From assembly GCF_041146345.1 (NCBI RefSeq), contig NW_027191410.1, forward strand, positions 806,001 to 870,000: a stretch of 64,000 nt of DNA. Direction: 5' to 3'. The position numbers and the translations under genes are program-made. A model generated the notes under the pieces. That model ran no database searches, was not told the origin of the DNA, and saw only the letters and a program-made list of their open reading frames with translations. Shown one piece after another: positions 48,508 through 60,042 of the stretch (its first letter is position 1; each line of letters starts with the position of its first letter). This DNA is from Neodothiora populina. Lineage: Eukaryota.

Positions 48508-51500
48508 ATGGCAGAGCGCAACTTGGACATCTACGAAACAAAGCTCTTAGATGCGAACACCGATATCCGGACAAAATGCAACTTCCTCACAGAGCTGCGG
48601 GATGGCATGGACCATTGGTGCCAGGGAGCTTCGTACCCGGTCTTCCTGCAGAAGTTCGTCCCCGTCCTCATCCAGATCCTCGATGGCAACCCGGTCTTCA
48701 TCAGCACATCGCCTGAGCAACGGTTACGGAACTGCGCCCTCGAAATCCTCCACAGATTACCTACATCTACGCCAGATGTGACGGATCCTTATGCGCCTCT
48801 CATCGTGGACAAGTGCATGGAGCTGGCAAGGAAAGAGAACGAGGACAACGCCGTCTTGTGCATGAAGATCATAATGGAGCTGGAGCGACACCATCCCAAG
48901 TCGTGCGCGGAAAAGGTGCAGGCATTCCTGGACCTGATTCTCGAGCTTTTCGAGACCATGGAGCAGACTGTCAAGGACACATTCGAAGGCCCGGCCCAAG
49001 GTTCACAGGCCGGCGTGCCGTCAACGCCGGGAGGCGCTTCGCATTATTCGCAGTCCCCCAGACCAGGCTCCCCCGTCGCGACAGCTGCGCTTTCTGCCGA
49101 TCCGACTGGCGACCAACAGCAGACTCGTCAACTCCAGAAGGGTACACAATCCTTCAGAGTCATCCAGGAATGCCCCATCATAATCGTCTCCATATTCCAG
49201 GCTCATCGCAACATGGTGCAGAAGAATGTCAAGAACTTTGTTCCGCGCATCAAGGCCATTCTCCACTTGCAGGCTAAGCCTCAGCAACGTGCGCATGCTG
49301 AAGCTCACGCTCAAGGTACCATCTTCGTTGGTGTAGCAAAAGATATCAGGAACCGCGCCGCTTTTGGAGATCTGATTACTGCTCAGGTGAAGACTATGAG
49401 TTTCCTGGCCTATATATTGCGCGTGCACGCTGCCATGCTTCAGGATTTCCTCGTCGACCTCCCCGACATTGTTGTGCGCCTGTTGCAGGATTGTCCGCGA
49501 GAGAAATCCAGCGCGCGCAAGGAATTGCTGGTTGCGATAAGACACATAATCAACTTCAACTTCCGCACGATATTCCTGCCGAAGCTGGATGAGCTGTTGG
49601 AGGAGCGGACGCTCATCGGAGATGGTCTGACCGTTTATGAGACATTACGACCACTTGCATTCACCATGCTGGCGGATCTGATACATCATGTCAGGGACTC
49701 ATTAACGCCCGCGCAGATACAGAAGACCATTATAGTCTACACCAAGAACTTGCACGACGACTACCCGGGAACGAGCTTTCAGACCATGAGCGCGAAGCTG
49801 CTCCTGAACATGGCCGAGTGTATGGCCAAGGTGGAAGACAAGCAGGATGCGCGATACTTCCTTATGATGGTTCTGAACGCAATCGCAGAAAAATTTGCCT
49901 CGATGAATCGACAGTACCCTAATGCTGTCAAGGCATCCAAGTTGTACCAAGAACACGCTCTTGACTCTGGACCGGAGAACTACTTGGCTGGAAAGGATTC
50001 GAAGCCTGAATGGGACGAAATCGACATCTTCAACGCCACTCCTATCAAAACTGTCAACCTTCGTGAGCGGGGATCAGATCCCGTTGCCGACAACAAGTTC
50101 TTGTTCAAAAATCTCCTGCACGGCTTGAAGACACTGTTTTACTCCTTGAGAGCATCAAATCCCAACTCGATCCGCGATGAGATGGACGCAGCAAACGTGC
50201 CGTCCAACTGGCAAGACGTCTCGTACGGATTCAATGCTGAAGAAGTAAATGTCTTGACGAAGCTCTTCCACGAGGGAGCCCAGGTGTTCCGATACTACAG
50301 TCCAGAAAAGCCTTTGCCCGAGCCTCAAGCAACCACACCTGTGGAATTCTTGGCTAACAATCACATGATGACTAGCGGCAAGGAGGAGAAGGATCTTCTG
50401 GAGGCCTTCGCTACAATATTCCATCACATCGACCCGGCTACCTTCCACGAAGTGTTCCAGGATCAAATCCCTCATCTATACAACATAATCTTCGACCACC
50501 CGGCGCTTCTTCACGTCCCGCAGTTTCTGCTCGCGAGCGAAGCCACCTCACCTGCCTTCTGTGGTATGATGCTGCAATTTCTGATGGGGAAGCTCGAAGA
50601 AGTGGGGACGCAGGACGTTCACAAATCTTCTGTGCTCCTACGACTATACAAACTGTCCTTTATGGCTGTCACATTATTCTCGGCGCAGAATGAACAAGTC
50701 TTACTACCTCATGTGACGAAGCTGATCACGAGGTCTATTGAGCTTTCAGTGACTGCAGAGGATCCTATGAACTATTTCCTTCTTCTGAGATCACTCTTCC
50801 GAAGCATTGGCGGCGGCAGGTTCGAGAATCTTTACAAAGAAATCTTACCTTTGCTGGAGATGTTGCTAGAAGTGCTTAACAACCTCCTTGTTTCTGCACG
50901 CAAGCCGCAAGAGCGGGATCTCTTCGTTGAGTTGTCTCTAACTGTGCCTGCAAGGCTCAGTCATCTCTTGCCTCATTTGAGCTACCTCATGCGACCTCTC
51001 GTCGTGGCCCTACGTGCGGGCTCGGAGCTCATCGCCCAGGGTTTACGGACGCTTGAACTGTGTGTTGATAACCTTACAGCAGACTACCTAGATCCTATCA
51101 TAGCGCCGGTAATCGACGAATTGATGTCCGCCCTGTGGGATCACCTCAAGCCCCAGCCCTACAGTCACTTCCATGCTCACACAACGATGCGTATCCTAGG
51201 AAAGCTAGGTGGGAGGAATCGCAAGTTCTTGATCCAACCTCCGCCACTTGACTACAAGCCTTACTCGGACGACGAAGCCAGCTACGATATCAAGCTAATA
51301 GGATCTCATAAAGAACGTCCTTTTCCTACAAGGCTTGGAATTGACTCTGCGATTGACAAGCTTCGAGAGACGCCGAAAGGAGCCGCAGCGAAAAAGTCAG
51401 ACGCATTCCATAAATCGCAGGCATTGCATCTTGTGAAGGCCCAGATCAAATTGATGATCGGCTATGATCACTTGCCTGACGACATGGCACGACTTGTGCG

Positions 51501-54500
51501 GCTACACGCCGACGACCTTTACGACAAGAAGATGGACGCTGGTCCAGATGTGTTCTCGGTATCCGAGCGCGATAAATCAGTTGCCAAACGTGACGCCCAG
51601 CAAGAGATGCTATTGAAGCTCATCAAGGCTGCCATGTTTGCCACCTCAATTGAGGAACTAAAGGATGATGCATCTTCTTTCTTAGACCAGGTCTTTAAAC
51701 ACTTGACCTTGACTGAATTTGGTCGAGCACTCGCAACAGACAAACACGCACGACGACCCTTCGACTCGAAGCTTGGCGATGGTCCTGTCCACATCGACAG
51801 CAGATTGATGGCGGATGCCATTGCGGACACTCTATCGTCGGACGAAGCCCAAGTCCGCGATGCGGCAAGTCACGCCATGGATGTCGTCTGGAGGACGTCT
51901 TCGATCATCTTTGGCGCTGAAGATCGAGTGGAACGACTCCCGTTCTTCTTACATATGACTAGGGCCTTCATACATCGTTGCTTTGAAGAAGAGTGGTTCA
52001 TGAAGTCTGGAGGCACGACTGGTATCGACTATATCGTCAATAAGTTGAACTTCAGCGATGGCTGGCTGAAGGACAGACAGACGGAGCTTGTGAGGGCTCT
52101 ATTCTTCGTCATGAAAGACATGCCTCAAGACTTGCCTGCTAGCATCCGAGTCCAAGCAAGGGACGTCTTGCAAAACGTAATTAGAAGGTGCAACAAGGGC
52201 GCAAATTTCGCTGAAGTTGGCACCACGGGTACACCACTACATGCTGTATGCAATAGGCTCGTGGGAGAGGTTTCCCACATGAACAAGCATGTTAGAGAAG
52301 CCGCTCAAGATGGCTTGAGACTCCTTGCTGAGGTCGTCGGTGTTCAGATCTGGGAATTAATCAAGCCAGTCAAAGAGCTCCTCCTCGCACCCATCTTCAA
52401 CAAGCCTCTGAGAGCTTTGCCCTTTCCGGTACAGATCGGTTATATTGACGCGCTGAACTTCTGCTTAGACATGGAAAATGAAGTCTTACCATTTGAAGAT
52501 CGACTGAACAGATCACTACTGGAAACATTGGCCCTAGCTGATGCAGAAGACGAGTCGCTCGCACCGAAGCCTCATGAACATCGCAATGCCGAGTGGATCG
52601 TCAATCTCAGAGTCTCCTGTCTCCGACTATTGACCACTGCTATCCGACTACCCGGCTTCAGCACTTCGCCACACGCGCAACATCGAGCTCGTATCATCAC
52701 CGTCTTCTTCAAGTCGCTGTACTCGAAGAACGCCGAAGTGGCTCAGACAGCCAACGCTGGCTTGAAGATCGTCTTGGCTGCTACCCAAAAATTGCCAAAG
52801 GACCTCCTTCAAAGTGGCCTCCGTCCCATCTTGATGAATGTGCAGGATCCTAGGAAGCTCAGCGTAGAAGGCCTCGAGGGTCTCCGAACTCTTCTCCAGC
52901 TGCTGACGAATTACTTCAAAGTGGAAATTGGCTCACGATTGCTAGACCACATGAAGCACATCGCCGATGCTCAAGTCCTTCAGAAAGTGTCATTCTCTCT
53001 GATTGAGCAAAACCCCAAAATGAGAATCGTCACGGCAATATTCAGCGTCTTTCACCTCCTACCCGCAGCTGCTGTGCAGTTTCTGAGTGTGTTGGTGGAA
53101 AGAGTGCTTGAATTGGAGCGACATCTTCGCAGAACCCACTTCAGCCCGTTCCGCGAGCCACTTGTTAGATATCTCAACCATTATCCCAAGGAGGCATGGA
53201 CCTACTTCAGTCAGAACCTCAAGCACCCCGAGAAAGGCCGATTCTTTGCGCAAATACTCGCTGACCAAGCTAGTGGGCCGTTACGAAGTGCAGTAGCTGG
53301 AAGCGACAATTTTGTTGCAGCTATCAACTCCGGCGGCAATGCATTGGAGACGGACCAAGCCTCGATCAGCGCAATCCATGTGGCCGAGGCCGTTTGCAGC
53401 TTTCCAGAGACCAAAGATTGGCTGATCAACAAGGATGATAATCGAAAGGCTTTGTTCGAAGCATCCAAGAGGCTCGAGAAGAAGCTACAAAATAAGACCC
53501 TTCACACGTCGCTGAGGCTACCAGCAGAGCAGATGAACGACCAGATCATGACTGTTCTCACCACTTATTTCTCTCAAGCATTATCTGCATCAAACATCGA
53601 CTTCTTTTTCGATGTCATCGAAGCTTGTACCACGGATGAACTAAGAGTCTCTGCTGCTCTTATCAAGTTCATATACACCAACATCATCTCTAGCGAGTCC
53701 GTTGACTTCTTGCGTGCCATAGTCAGCCGCTGTATAGACATATACACGAATAAGCAGAAGTTGCCGCGCATGAAGACCTTTGTCTTCCACTACTTGTTAA
53801 ATCCGATCTTCGCCATGGATGTTCAGCGCAATTGGGATGATCTTTTCGGGAACAGCAAGGGCACAGCGCTTCTAGACAAATCCATGACCGACAAGATCCA
53901 TCATAGATTATGGAAAACACAGGCACAGAGTGATATTTCTGACGATTCGTTACAACCTGGTATCGACCATGCTCGCATGGAATTAATACAATTGACGTCG
54001 CTACTTCTGAAGTACCACCATAATATGCTCTCTGATGCTCGCAAGGACGTCATCATGTTCGGCTGGACGTACATCCGCCTGGACGATACAATCAACAAAT
54101 ACGCAAGCTATGTGTTGATTTCGTATTTTATCGCCAACTACGACACACCTGCTAAGATTGTTATCCAAATATATGGCAAACTTCTTGGCGCTCACCAAGC
54201 AGAGGGAAGAGCCCTGGTGATGCAGGCGTTGGAAATCTTGGAGCCGGTACTAGTCAAGCGAACTGGCAGCGACCAGGCTCGTATGCCGGCATGGACGCGA
54301 ATCCCAAGGAGGATCCTTAGTGAGGAAACTTCCAACCTGCCACAGCTTACTAGCATCTTCCAATTCCTTGTTCGTCATCCGGACCTGTTCTACGAAGCCA
54401 GAGAGTCATTTGCTTCTATTATCATACCGAGCATCAACAAAGTCGTCGCCCTTCCAAACCCTTCAACCGAGAACAAGAAACTCGCACTGAACCTATTCAG

Positions 54501-57500
54501 TATGATATACCAATGGGAGCAGCGAACGATACGTGAGCAAGGCTCTTTGACTGGTTCGCAGTCACCACTTCCTGAGCCAGCGTCTCCTGGTCGCGGCACG
54601 AAGAAGGCTGCCTGTGCAACCTACGCGCTCAGGCTAGCTCTCATCAAGTACATGGCACAATTCATCGCCATTTTGCCTGAGAGGTTCCCTGTCCCGTGCT
54701 CGACGGATTCCAAGGATCGTACAACCCCATTCCCGCAGACCAATGAGACCATCCGGAAATCAGTCGAACTCATCTGGCGCTTCCTATCTCCCGGATGCTG
54801 GGATGACATTGATGTGGATACGATGTTTCCCAAAGTCACTGAGCAGATTCTCCTCTCGGACCCCAAACAGGACGAGAAGATGGAGGCATGGAACACCAGA
54901 ACCATCAACACGCTACAGCTTCTGCGCGCCCTTCTGAATGCGAAGTCTGACGAGTGGGTGAACGCCCGACTCCCTCAACTCGCGAAGCTCTTGTCCAAAG
55001 TTCTGAAAAGCGAACATGTTGAGGTGCAGGATTGTCTGCATTCTCCCGCCAAAGACGCCGATGGTTTCCCCGAGATGCGTCCGCTGATGCACCGAATACT
55101 CGACGCCGTGCCGCCAAGGTCAACAGAAGATCTACCTGATGCTGAGGCCTCGGCTGAGCCAGAGACTGACTTCATCGGCACATTGCTCAATACAGCGGCT
55201 GAGTGTCTCAACGCGACTGGAAAAGAGAACCAGGCTCAACATGTCGCAGGTATTAACATCCTTTGGAGCATATCACGCAGACATGCAGAGCGAATCGATC
55301 CACATATCCCTGCACTTCTTAAGGGGTTGCAAGGTACTTTGGCCAAGGCACATCTCGCATCGCAAATGCCTCAACAGATTCAAACGCCGCAAGGAGTCAC
55401 GCAGCAGATGCCTCAGAATCCTCAAGAAGTTGACATGAACACTATCCTCATCATCCGAGTTATCGAAATGCTGTCCGCACGAATTTCGGTCCTCGGTGAT
55501 CAACGACGGCCTTACCTGAGCGTCCTTGCATCTCTCGTAGAAAGATCTCAGAACAACACGCTCTGCGAAAAGATACTAGATATGGTCGAGGACTGGGTCT
55601 TCAACTCGTCTGAGCCTGTGCCAACGCTGAAGGAGAAGACTGCTGTTCTTCAGAAGATGCTGATGTTCGAGAACCGTTCTGACCAGAGCCTTTATCAGAG
55701 ATTCTTAGACCTCGTCATCCGTATTTATGAAGATCCCAAGATCCTGCGCTCAGAACTCGCCGTGCGCATGGAGCATGCATTCCTTATTGGACTTAGAAGC
55801 CCTGATATCACAATGCGCGCACGCTTCATGACAATCTTCGACCGCAGTCTCAGTTGCACTACCAGTAATCGCTTCTACAAACTCATCGCGGAACAGCAGT
55901 GGGATGTTCTCGCAGACACTTTCTGGTTGAGCCAGGTCATACAACTTATGTTTGGCTCGATCGACATGAACACGACTTTACGTCTACACAATGACGACTT
56001 CAAATGTATGCCAGCTTCAAAGCTGTTCGGTGGATACGCTGGGGATCCAAGACTGGATGATCTTATGGTCGATAATGACATCGAGACACTTATGAGCGAG
56101 TACAAACGCTTTGTACACGAGATGGGCGAAGTGAAGTCCAGAGATGTGCTCGAGCCTTTGTCAAATCTTCAGCATACCGATTCACAACTCGCGCATGATG
56201 TCTGGGTGTCTTACTTCCCAATCTGCTGGGCAAGTCTTTCCAAGGATGATCGGGAAGACATGGAGACGGGCTTGATAAATCTACTTACCAAGGACTACCA
56301 TCAGCGTCAAGCCGACAAGCGACCAAACTGCGTGGCCACTCTCATCGAAGGCATAGTACGGGCACAACCTCGCGTCAAGTTTCCTCCCCACGTGCTCAAA
56401 TTCCAAGCAAAGAACTTTGATGCTTGGTACAGTGCAGCAACATTCATTGAGCAGTCCGCGCTAGTACCAATTGTCGACACCCCTGCGTTGAGAGAGAGCA
56501 ACCTGGATGCCTTGGCAGAGCTCTATGCTTCATTGCAAGACGAAGACCTCTTTTACGGCGTGTGGCGTAGGAGATGTCAATTCGTCGAGACCAACGCCGC
56601 GCTTTCGTATGAGCAAAATGGTGTCTGGGACAAGGCCCAGGCTATGTACGAGCAAGCGCAGATCAAAGCTCGCACAGGTTCACTCGCTTTTTCGCAGGGC
56701 GAATACATGCTGTGGGAGGATCACTGGGTCTACTGTGCAGAAAAGCTGCAGCAATGGGAGATTCTCGGAGATTTCGCAAAACACGAGAATCTCAACGATC
56801 TCTTCCTCGAGGCCACTTGGCGAAACTACGATGCGTGGGACGGTGCTGAGAACCTAGCGCAACTAGAGTCCATTATCAAAGCCGTGTCGGACGCACCGAC
56901 TCCAAGACGAGTGTTCTTCCAATCATTCATGTCACTTCTCAAGCTACATAACAAGCAAGAGACACAACAGGAGTTCAACCGCGTCTGTGACGAGAATATA
57001 CAGCTGTCAATTAAGAATTGGCATAAGCTGCCCAAGCAAATCACTCAGGCTCATGTTGGCCTATTGCAGAACTTCCAAAACCTGGTGGAGCTGCATGACG
57101 CCAGCGTTATCTGCGCCAGTCTTGCTCAGACGAATGCTGCCAATCTTGACGTCAAATCTCAAGAGCTAAAACTTCTTTTGGGAACTTGGCGGGATCGACT
57201 GCCAAACTTCTGGGACGATATCAATGCATGGCAGGATTTGGTGACATGGCGACAGCATATCTTCCAGCTCATCAACGGGACATACCTGAAGCTCCTCCCA
57301 CCCCAGCAAGGTAATGCAACCGGCCAGTCCTACGCATATCGTGGATACCACGAGACTGCATGGATCATCAATCGCTTCGCTCATGTTGCCCGTAAGCACA
57401 ACATGCCGGATGTTTGCATCAATCAGCTCAGCCGCATCTACACATTGCCGAATATTGAGATTCAAGAAGCTTTCCTGAAACTCCGCGAGCAGGCGAAATG

Positions 57501-60042
57501 CTGCTATCAGAACCGAAACGAGCTCACGAGCGGACTGGATGTTATCAACAACACGAACCTCAATTACTTCGGTGCTCAGCAGAAGGCCGAATTCTATACT
57601 CTGAAGGGCATGTTCCTTGCCAAGCTGAACCACAAAGATGAAGCCAACGACGCCTTCGGTACTGCCTTGTTCTTCGATATAAAACTACCCAAAGCCTGGG
57701 CTGAATGGGGTCGCTACAACGATCAGCTTTTCAAGGAAGACCCGCAAAGTATTGACAAGGCTTCTGCAGCGATCAGCTGTTATCTTGAAGCTGCTGGACA
57801 ATACAAGAGCGCTAAGTCGCGTAAGCTGCTCAGCCGCATACTGTGGCTTCTTAGCTTGGATGATGCCGAAGGCAGCCTCGCTAAAGCTTTCGATAACTTC
57901 AAAGGAGAGACTCCCGTCTGGTACTGGGTCACGTTCATCCCTCAATTGCTCAACAACCTATCAAGAACGCCAAGTGAGGCCACTATCGCTCACGGTATAC
58001 TGAGCAAGCTTGCCAAAACATATCCGCAAGCCCTGTACTTCCAATTGCGCACCAGTCGTGAGGACATGCTTGTCATCAAACGGAGCCAGGAGGCCAAGGA
58101 AGCTCGAGAACGCAAAATCAGGGAACAGAAGGCTGCGCAGCAAGGGGCTAACCAAGCAGCCAACCAGTCCGCTGGTACCAACGGTAATGGCCAGTCTCGA
58201 CCCGCTACAGCAGGTGGCGAAGAACAGAATGGTACAGCCCAACAGGGTCAGCAAAACGGCACCACTGGCAACCAAGCAGACAATAATGCGCAGAAGTCCG
58301 ACAACGACGAGCCTGCCAAGCCCAAGAAGCCCTGGGAGCATACCGAGGAACTCACGCAGACGCTCAAGACTGCTTTCCCGCTACTTGCTCTTTCGATGGA
58401 GACCATGGTCGACCAAGTGCAAAAGTACTTCAAGTGCACGCCAGATGAAGATGCTTACCGCTTGATCGTCGCGCTGCTAAACGATGGACTGTCTTACGTT
58501 GGCAGATATCCAACCTCATACGCCCAGGGCGTCAATCTGCCAGCCTCAACTGAAGCAAACATTACCAGATTCGCGGAGTCCATTCTTCCTCCTCATATCC
58601 GCAAGTCTTTCGAGGCCGACTTCGTTGTCAAAAAGCCTTCCATGCACGACTATGTCACTAAGCTGAGGAAGTGGCGGGATAGATTTGAAGAAAAGCTCGA
58701 TCGAAGATCGTCGAAGTGGCATCTCGAACAGACTACGCATCTTGCAGAGTTCCGCTTCCTCAAGTTCGACGAGGTCGAGGTGCCAGGCCAGTATCTCCAG
58801 CATCGTGACAAGAACCAAGATTTTGTCCGCATTGAACGCTTCTTGCCTGACGTCGACTTGGTCAGGGGTGTCACAAGCTGTCATCGCAGACTAAACATCC
58901 GAGGACACGATGGAAGCCTACATCCATTTGCTGTTCAGCACCCTACTGCCAGACACAGCAGACGTGAGGAGAGGATCCTGCAGCTTTTCAGAATCTTCAA
59001 CAGTATTTTGGCCAAGAAGAAGGAGAGCAGGCGCCGTGGATTACAGTTCCATCTGCCGCTCATGGTACCTCTCTCCCCAACGATCCGCATGATCCAGGAT
59101 GACGCCTCGTACGTCAGTCTGCAAGGCATCTACGAGGACTATTGCAGGCGAAATGGCATAAACAAGGATGAGCCTGTACTCTTTGCGATCGAGAAGCTTC
59201 GCCAATTGACACCGGTAAGTGCAGATGAACCGCGAAGCAAAGCGATCTCTACAGATACTGACAATACGCAGGCGAAGCCGGAGCAGGCTGCTCATATTCG
59301 TTTGGAGACTTTCAATGCTATCCAGGAGAAGTATGTACCGAATTACGTGGTGCGAGACTACTTCGTCCAGACATACCCATCCTTTGATGCGTTGTGGCTG
59401 TTCCGCCGAGAGTTCTCGTCTCAGCTTGCCGCACTTACATTCATTACGTTTACCATGCACATGACGACACGCTATCCACACAAGATGAACATTGCACGCG
59501 GATCAGGCAAGATATGGGGCACGGAGCTAGTCCCTGCAATGGCGGCGGCGAAGCCCTTCTTCCACAACCCCGAGCCTGTACCATTCCGCTTGACACCCAA
59601 TGTACAGACGCTGATGGGACCGATCCACACGGAAGGGATCTTCGTTTGCGCACTTATGGCAATCGCAAGGTGCCTGACCGACGTCCAGCCTACATCTGCA
59701 AATGCGACTGCCCCTACTCCCAACCCAACAACTTCAGGCGCAACCCCTGCTTCGACCACGGTAGACCACAACAGCGACCTGGACGGTCAACTCTCGGTCT
59801 TCATCAGGGACGAAATGAATTACTGGAGCCTGCAACAGCATAAACAGCCATCAAAGAATGGCGAGCTGAGAGAAACAGTACAGCGCAACGCCGAGAGCAT
59901 TGTCAACAAGGCCATTCTGCTCGCTCGCGAGCCTCTTGCGAATAATCTGCCGGCCAGTCAAAGCGTGCTCGACCTGGTGGCGAGGGCGACGGAGCCGAGG
60001 AATCTCTGCGCCACTGATCCGCTGTGGATGGCATGGCTATAA
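48508..60042 (+). CDS. TRA1: Tra1/TRRAP PIKK-related SAGA/NuA4 subunit; in-frame intron 59215-59271
   Basis: About 3.8k-aa HEAT-FAT-pseudokinase-FATC; LLLRSLFRSIGGG, RILGKLGGRNR, ARHSRREERI, PEPVPFRLTPN, terminal DPLWMAWL. Confidence 0.97.
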   Translation: MAERNLDIYETKLLDANTDIRTKCNFLTELRDGMDHWCQGASYPVFLQKFVPVLIQILDGNPVFISTSPEQRLRNCALEILHRLPTSTPDVTDPYAPLIVDKCMELARKENEDNAVLCMKIIMELERHHPKSCAEKVQAFLDLILELFETMEQTVKDTFEGPAQGSQAGVPSTPGGASHYSQSPRPGSPVATAALSADPTGDQQQTRQLQKGTQSFRVIQECPIIIVSIFQAHRNMVQKNVKNFVPRIKAILHLQAKPQQRAHAEAHAQGTIFVGVAKDIRNRAAFGDLITAQVKTMSFLAYILRVHAAMLQDFLVDLPDIVVRLLQDCPREKSSARKELLVAIRHIINFNFRTIFLPKLDELLEERTLIGDGLTVYETLRPLAFTMLADLIHHVRDSLTPAQIQKTIIVYTKNLHDDYPGTSFQTMSAKLLLNMAECMAKVEDKQDARYFLMMVLNAIAEKFASMNRQYPNAVKASKLYQEHALDSGPENYLAGKDSKPEWDEIDIFNATPIKTVNLRERGSDPVADNKFLFKNLLHGLKTLFYSLRASNPNSIRDEMDAANVPSNWQDVSYGFNAEEVNVLTKLFHEGAQVFRYYSPEKPLPEPQATTPVEFLANNHMMTSGKEEKDLLEAFATIFHHIDPATFHEVFQDQIPHLYNIIFDHPALLHVPQFLLASEATSPAFCGMMLQFLMGKLEEVGTQDVHKSSVLLRLYKLSFMAVTLFSAQNEQVLLPHVTKLITRSIELSVTAEDPMNYFLLLRSLFRSIGGGRFENLYKEILPLLEMLLEVLNNLLVSARKPQERDLFVELSLTVPARLSHLLPHLSYLMRPLVVALRAGSELIAQGLRTLELCVDNLTADYLDPIIAPVIDELMSALWDHLKPQPYSHFHAHTTMRILGKLGGRNRKFLIQPPPLDYKPYSDDEASYDIKLIGSHKERPFPTRLGIDSAIDKLRETPKGAAAKKSDAFHKSQALHLVKAQIKLMIGYDHLPDDMARLVRLHADDLYDKKMDAGPDVFSVSERDKSVAKRDAQQEMLLKLIKAAMFATSIEELKDDASSFLDQVFKHLTLTEFGRALATDKHARRPFDSKLGDGPVHIDSRLMADAIADTLSSDEAQVRDAASHAMDVVWRTSSIIFGAEDRVERLPFFLHMTRAFIHRCFEEEWFMKSGGTTGIDYIVNKLNFSDGWLKDRQTELVRALFFVMKDMPQDLPASIRVQARDVLQNVIRRCNKGANFAEVGTTGTPLHAVCNRLVGEVSHMNKHVREAAQDGLRLLAEVVGVQIWELIKPVKELLLAPIFNKPLRALPFPVQIGYIDALNFCLDMENEVLPFEDRLNRSLLETLALADAEDESLAPKPHEHRNAEWIVNLRVSCLRLLTTAIRLPGFSTSPHAQHRARIITVFFKSLYSKNAEVAQTANAGLKIVLAATQKLPKDLLQSGLRPILMNVQDPRKLSVEGLEGLRTLLQLLTNYFKVEIGSRLLDHMKHIADAQVLQKVSFSLIEQNPKMRIVTAIFSVFHLLPAAAVQFLSVLVERVLELERHLRRTHFSPFREPLVRYLNHYPKEAWTYFSQNLKHPEKGRFFAQILADQASGPLRSAVAGSDNFVAAINSGGNALETDQASISAIHVAEAVCSFPETKDWLINKDDNRKALFEASKRLEKKLQNKTLHTSLRLPAEQMNDQIMTVLTTYFSQALSASNIDFFFDVIEACTTDELRVSAALIKFIYTNIISSESVDFLRAIVSRCIDIYTNKQKLPRMKTFVFHYLLNPIFAMDVQRNWDDLFGNSKGTALLDKSMTDKIHHRLWKTQAQSDISDDSLQPGIDHARMELIQLTSLLLKYHHNMLSDARKDVIMFGWTYIRLDDTINKYASYVLISYFIANYDTPAKIVIQIYGKLLGAHQAEGRALVMQALEILEPVLVKRTGSDQARMPAWTRIPRRILSEETSNLPQLTSIFQFLVRHPDLFYEARESFASIIIPSINKVVALPNPSTENKKLALNLFSMIYQWEQRTIREQGSLTGSQSPLPEPASPGRGTKKAACATYALRLALIKYMAQFIAILPERFPVPCSTDSKDRTTPFPQTNETIRKSVELIWRFLSPGCWDDIDVDTMFPKVTEQILLSDPKQDEKMEAWNTRTINTLQLLRALLNAKSDEWVNARLPQLAKLLSKVLKSEHVEVQDCLHSPAKDADGFPEMRPLMHRILDAVPPRSTEDLPDAEASAEPETDFIGTLLNTAAECLNATGKENQAQHVAGINILWSISRRHAERIDPHIPALLKGLQGTLAKAHLASQMPQQIQTPQGVTQQMPQNPQEVDMNTILIIRVIEMLSARISVLGDQRRPYLSVLASLVERSQNNTLCEKILDMVEDWVFNSSEPVPTLKEKTAVLQKMLMFENRSDQSLYQRFLDLVIRIYEDPKILRSELAVRMEHAFLIGLRSPDITMRARFMTIFDRSLSCTTSNRFYKLIAEQQWDVLADTFWLSQVIQLMFGSIDMNTTLRLHNDDFKCMPASKLFGGYAGDPRLDDLMVDNDIETLMSEYKRFVHEMGEVKSRDVLEPLSNLQHTDSQLAHDVWVSYFPICWASLSKDDREDMETGLINLLTKDYHQRQADKRPNCVATLIEGIVRAQPRVKFPPHVLKFQAKNFDAWYSAATFIEQSALVPIVDTPALRESNLDALAELYASLQDEDLFYGVWRRRCQFVETNAALSYEQNGVWDKAQAMYEQAQIKARTGSLAFSQGEYMLWEDHWVYCAEKLQQWEILGDFAKHENLNDLFLEATWRNYDAWDGAENLAQLESIIKAVSDAPTPRRVFFQSFMSLLKLHNKQETQQEFNRVCDENIQLSIKNWHKLPKQITQAHVGLLQNFQNLVELHDASVICASLAQTNAANLDVKSQELKLLLGTWRDRLPNFWDDINAWQDLVTWRQHIFQLINGTYLKLLPPQQGNATGQSYAYRGYHETAWIINRFAHVARKHNMPDVCINQLSRIYTLPNIEIQEAFLKLREQAKCCYQNRNELTSGLDVINNTNLNYFGAQQKAEFYTLKGMFLAKLNHKDEANDAFGTALFFDIKLPKAWAEWGRYNDQLFKEDPQSIDKASAAISCYLEAAGQYKSAKSRKLLSRILWLLSLDDAEGSLAKAFDNFKGETPVWYWVTFIPQLLNNLSRTPSEATIAHGILSKLAKTYPQALYFQLRTSREDMLVIKRSQEAKEARERKIREQKAAQQGANQAANQSAGTNGNGQSRPATAGGEEQNGTAQQGQQNGTTGNQADNNAQKSDNDEPAKPKKPWEHTEELTQTLKTAFPLLALSMETMVDQVQKYFKCTPDEDAYRLIVALLNDGLSYVGRYPTSYAQGVNLPASTEANITRFAESILPPHIRKSFEADFVVKKPSMHDYVTKLRKWRDRFEEKLDRRSSKWHLEQTTHLAEFRFLKFDEVEVPGQYLQHRDKNQDFVRIERFLPDVDLVRGVTSCHRRLNIRGHDGSLHPFAVQHPTARHSRREERILQLFRIFNSILAKKKESRRRGLQFHLPLMVPLSPTIRMIQDDASYVSLQGIYEDYCRRNGINKDEPVLFAIEKLRQLTPVSADEPRSKAISTDTDNTQAKPEQAAHIRLETFNAIQEKYVPNYVVRDYFVQTYPSFDALWLFRREFSSQLAALTFITFTMHMTTRYPHKMNIARGSGKIWGTELVPAMAAAKPFFHNPEPVPFRLTPNVQTLMGPIHTEGIFVCALMAIARCLTDVQPTSANATAPTPNPTTSGATPASTTVDHNSDLDGQLSVFIRDEMNYWSLQQHKQPSKNGELRETVQRNAESIVNKAILLAREPLANNLPASQSVLDLVARATEPRNLCATDPLWMAWL

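Noticed and set aside
149..59271. Five stop-free introns of length 3n (149-211, 22087-22164, 24549-24602, 39553-39603, 59215-59271)
   Set aside because: Roughly what chance predicts among several dozen short introns; relevant only as annotation traps
58081..59780. TRA1 kinase domain lacking catalytic motifs, with low-complexity inserts
   Set aside because: Normal for the Tra1/TRRAP pseudokinase
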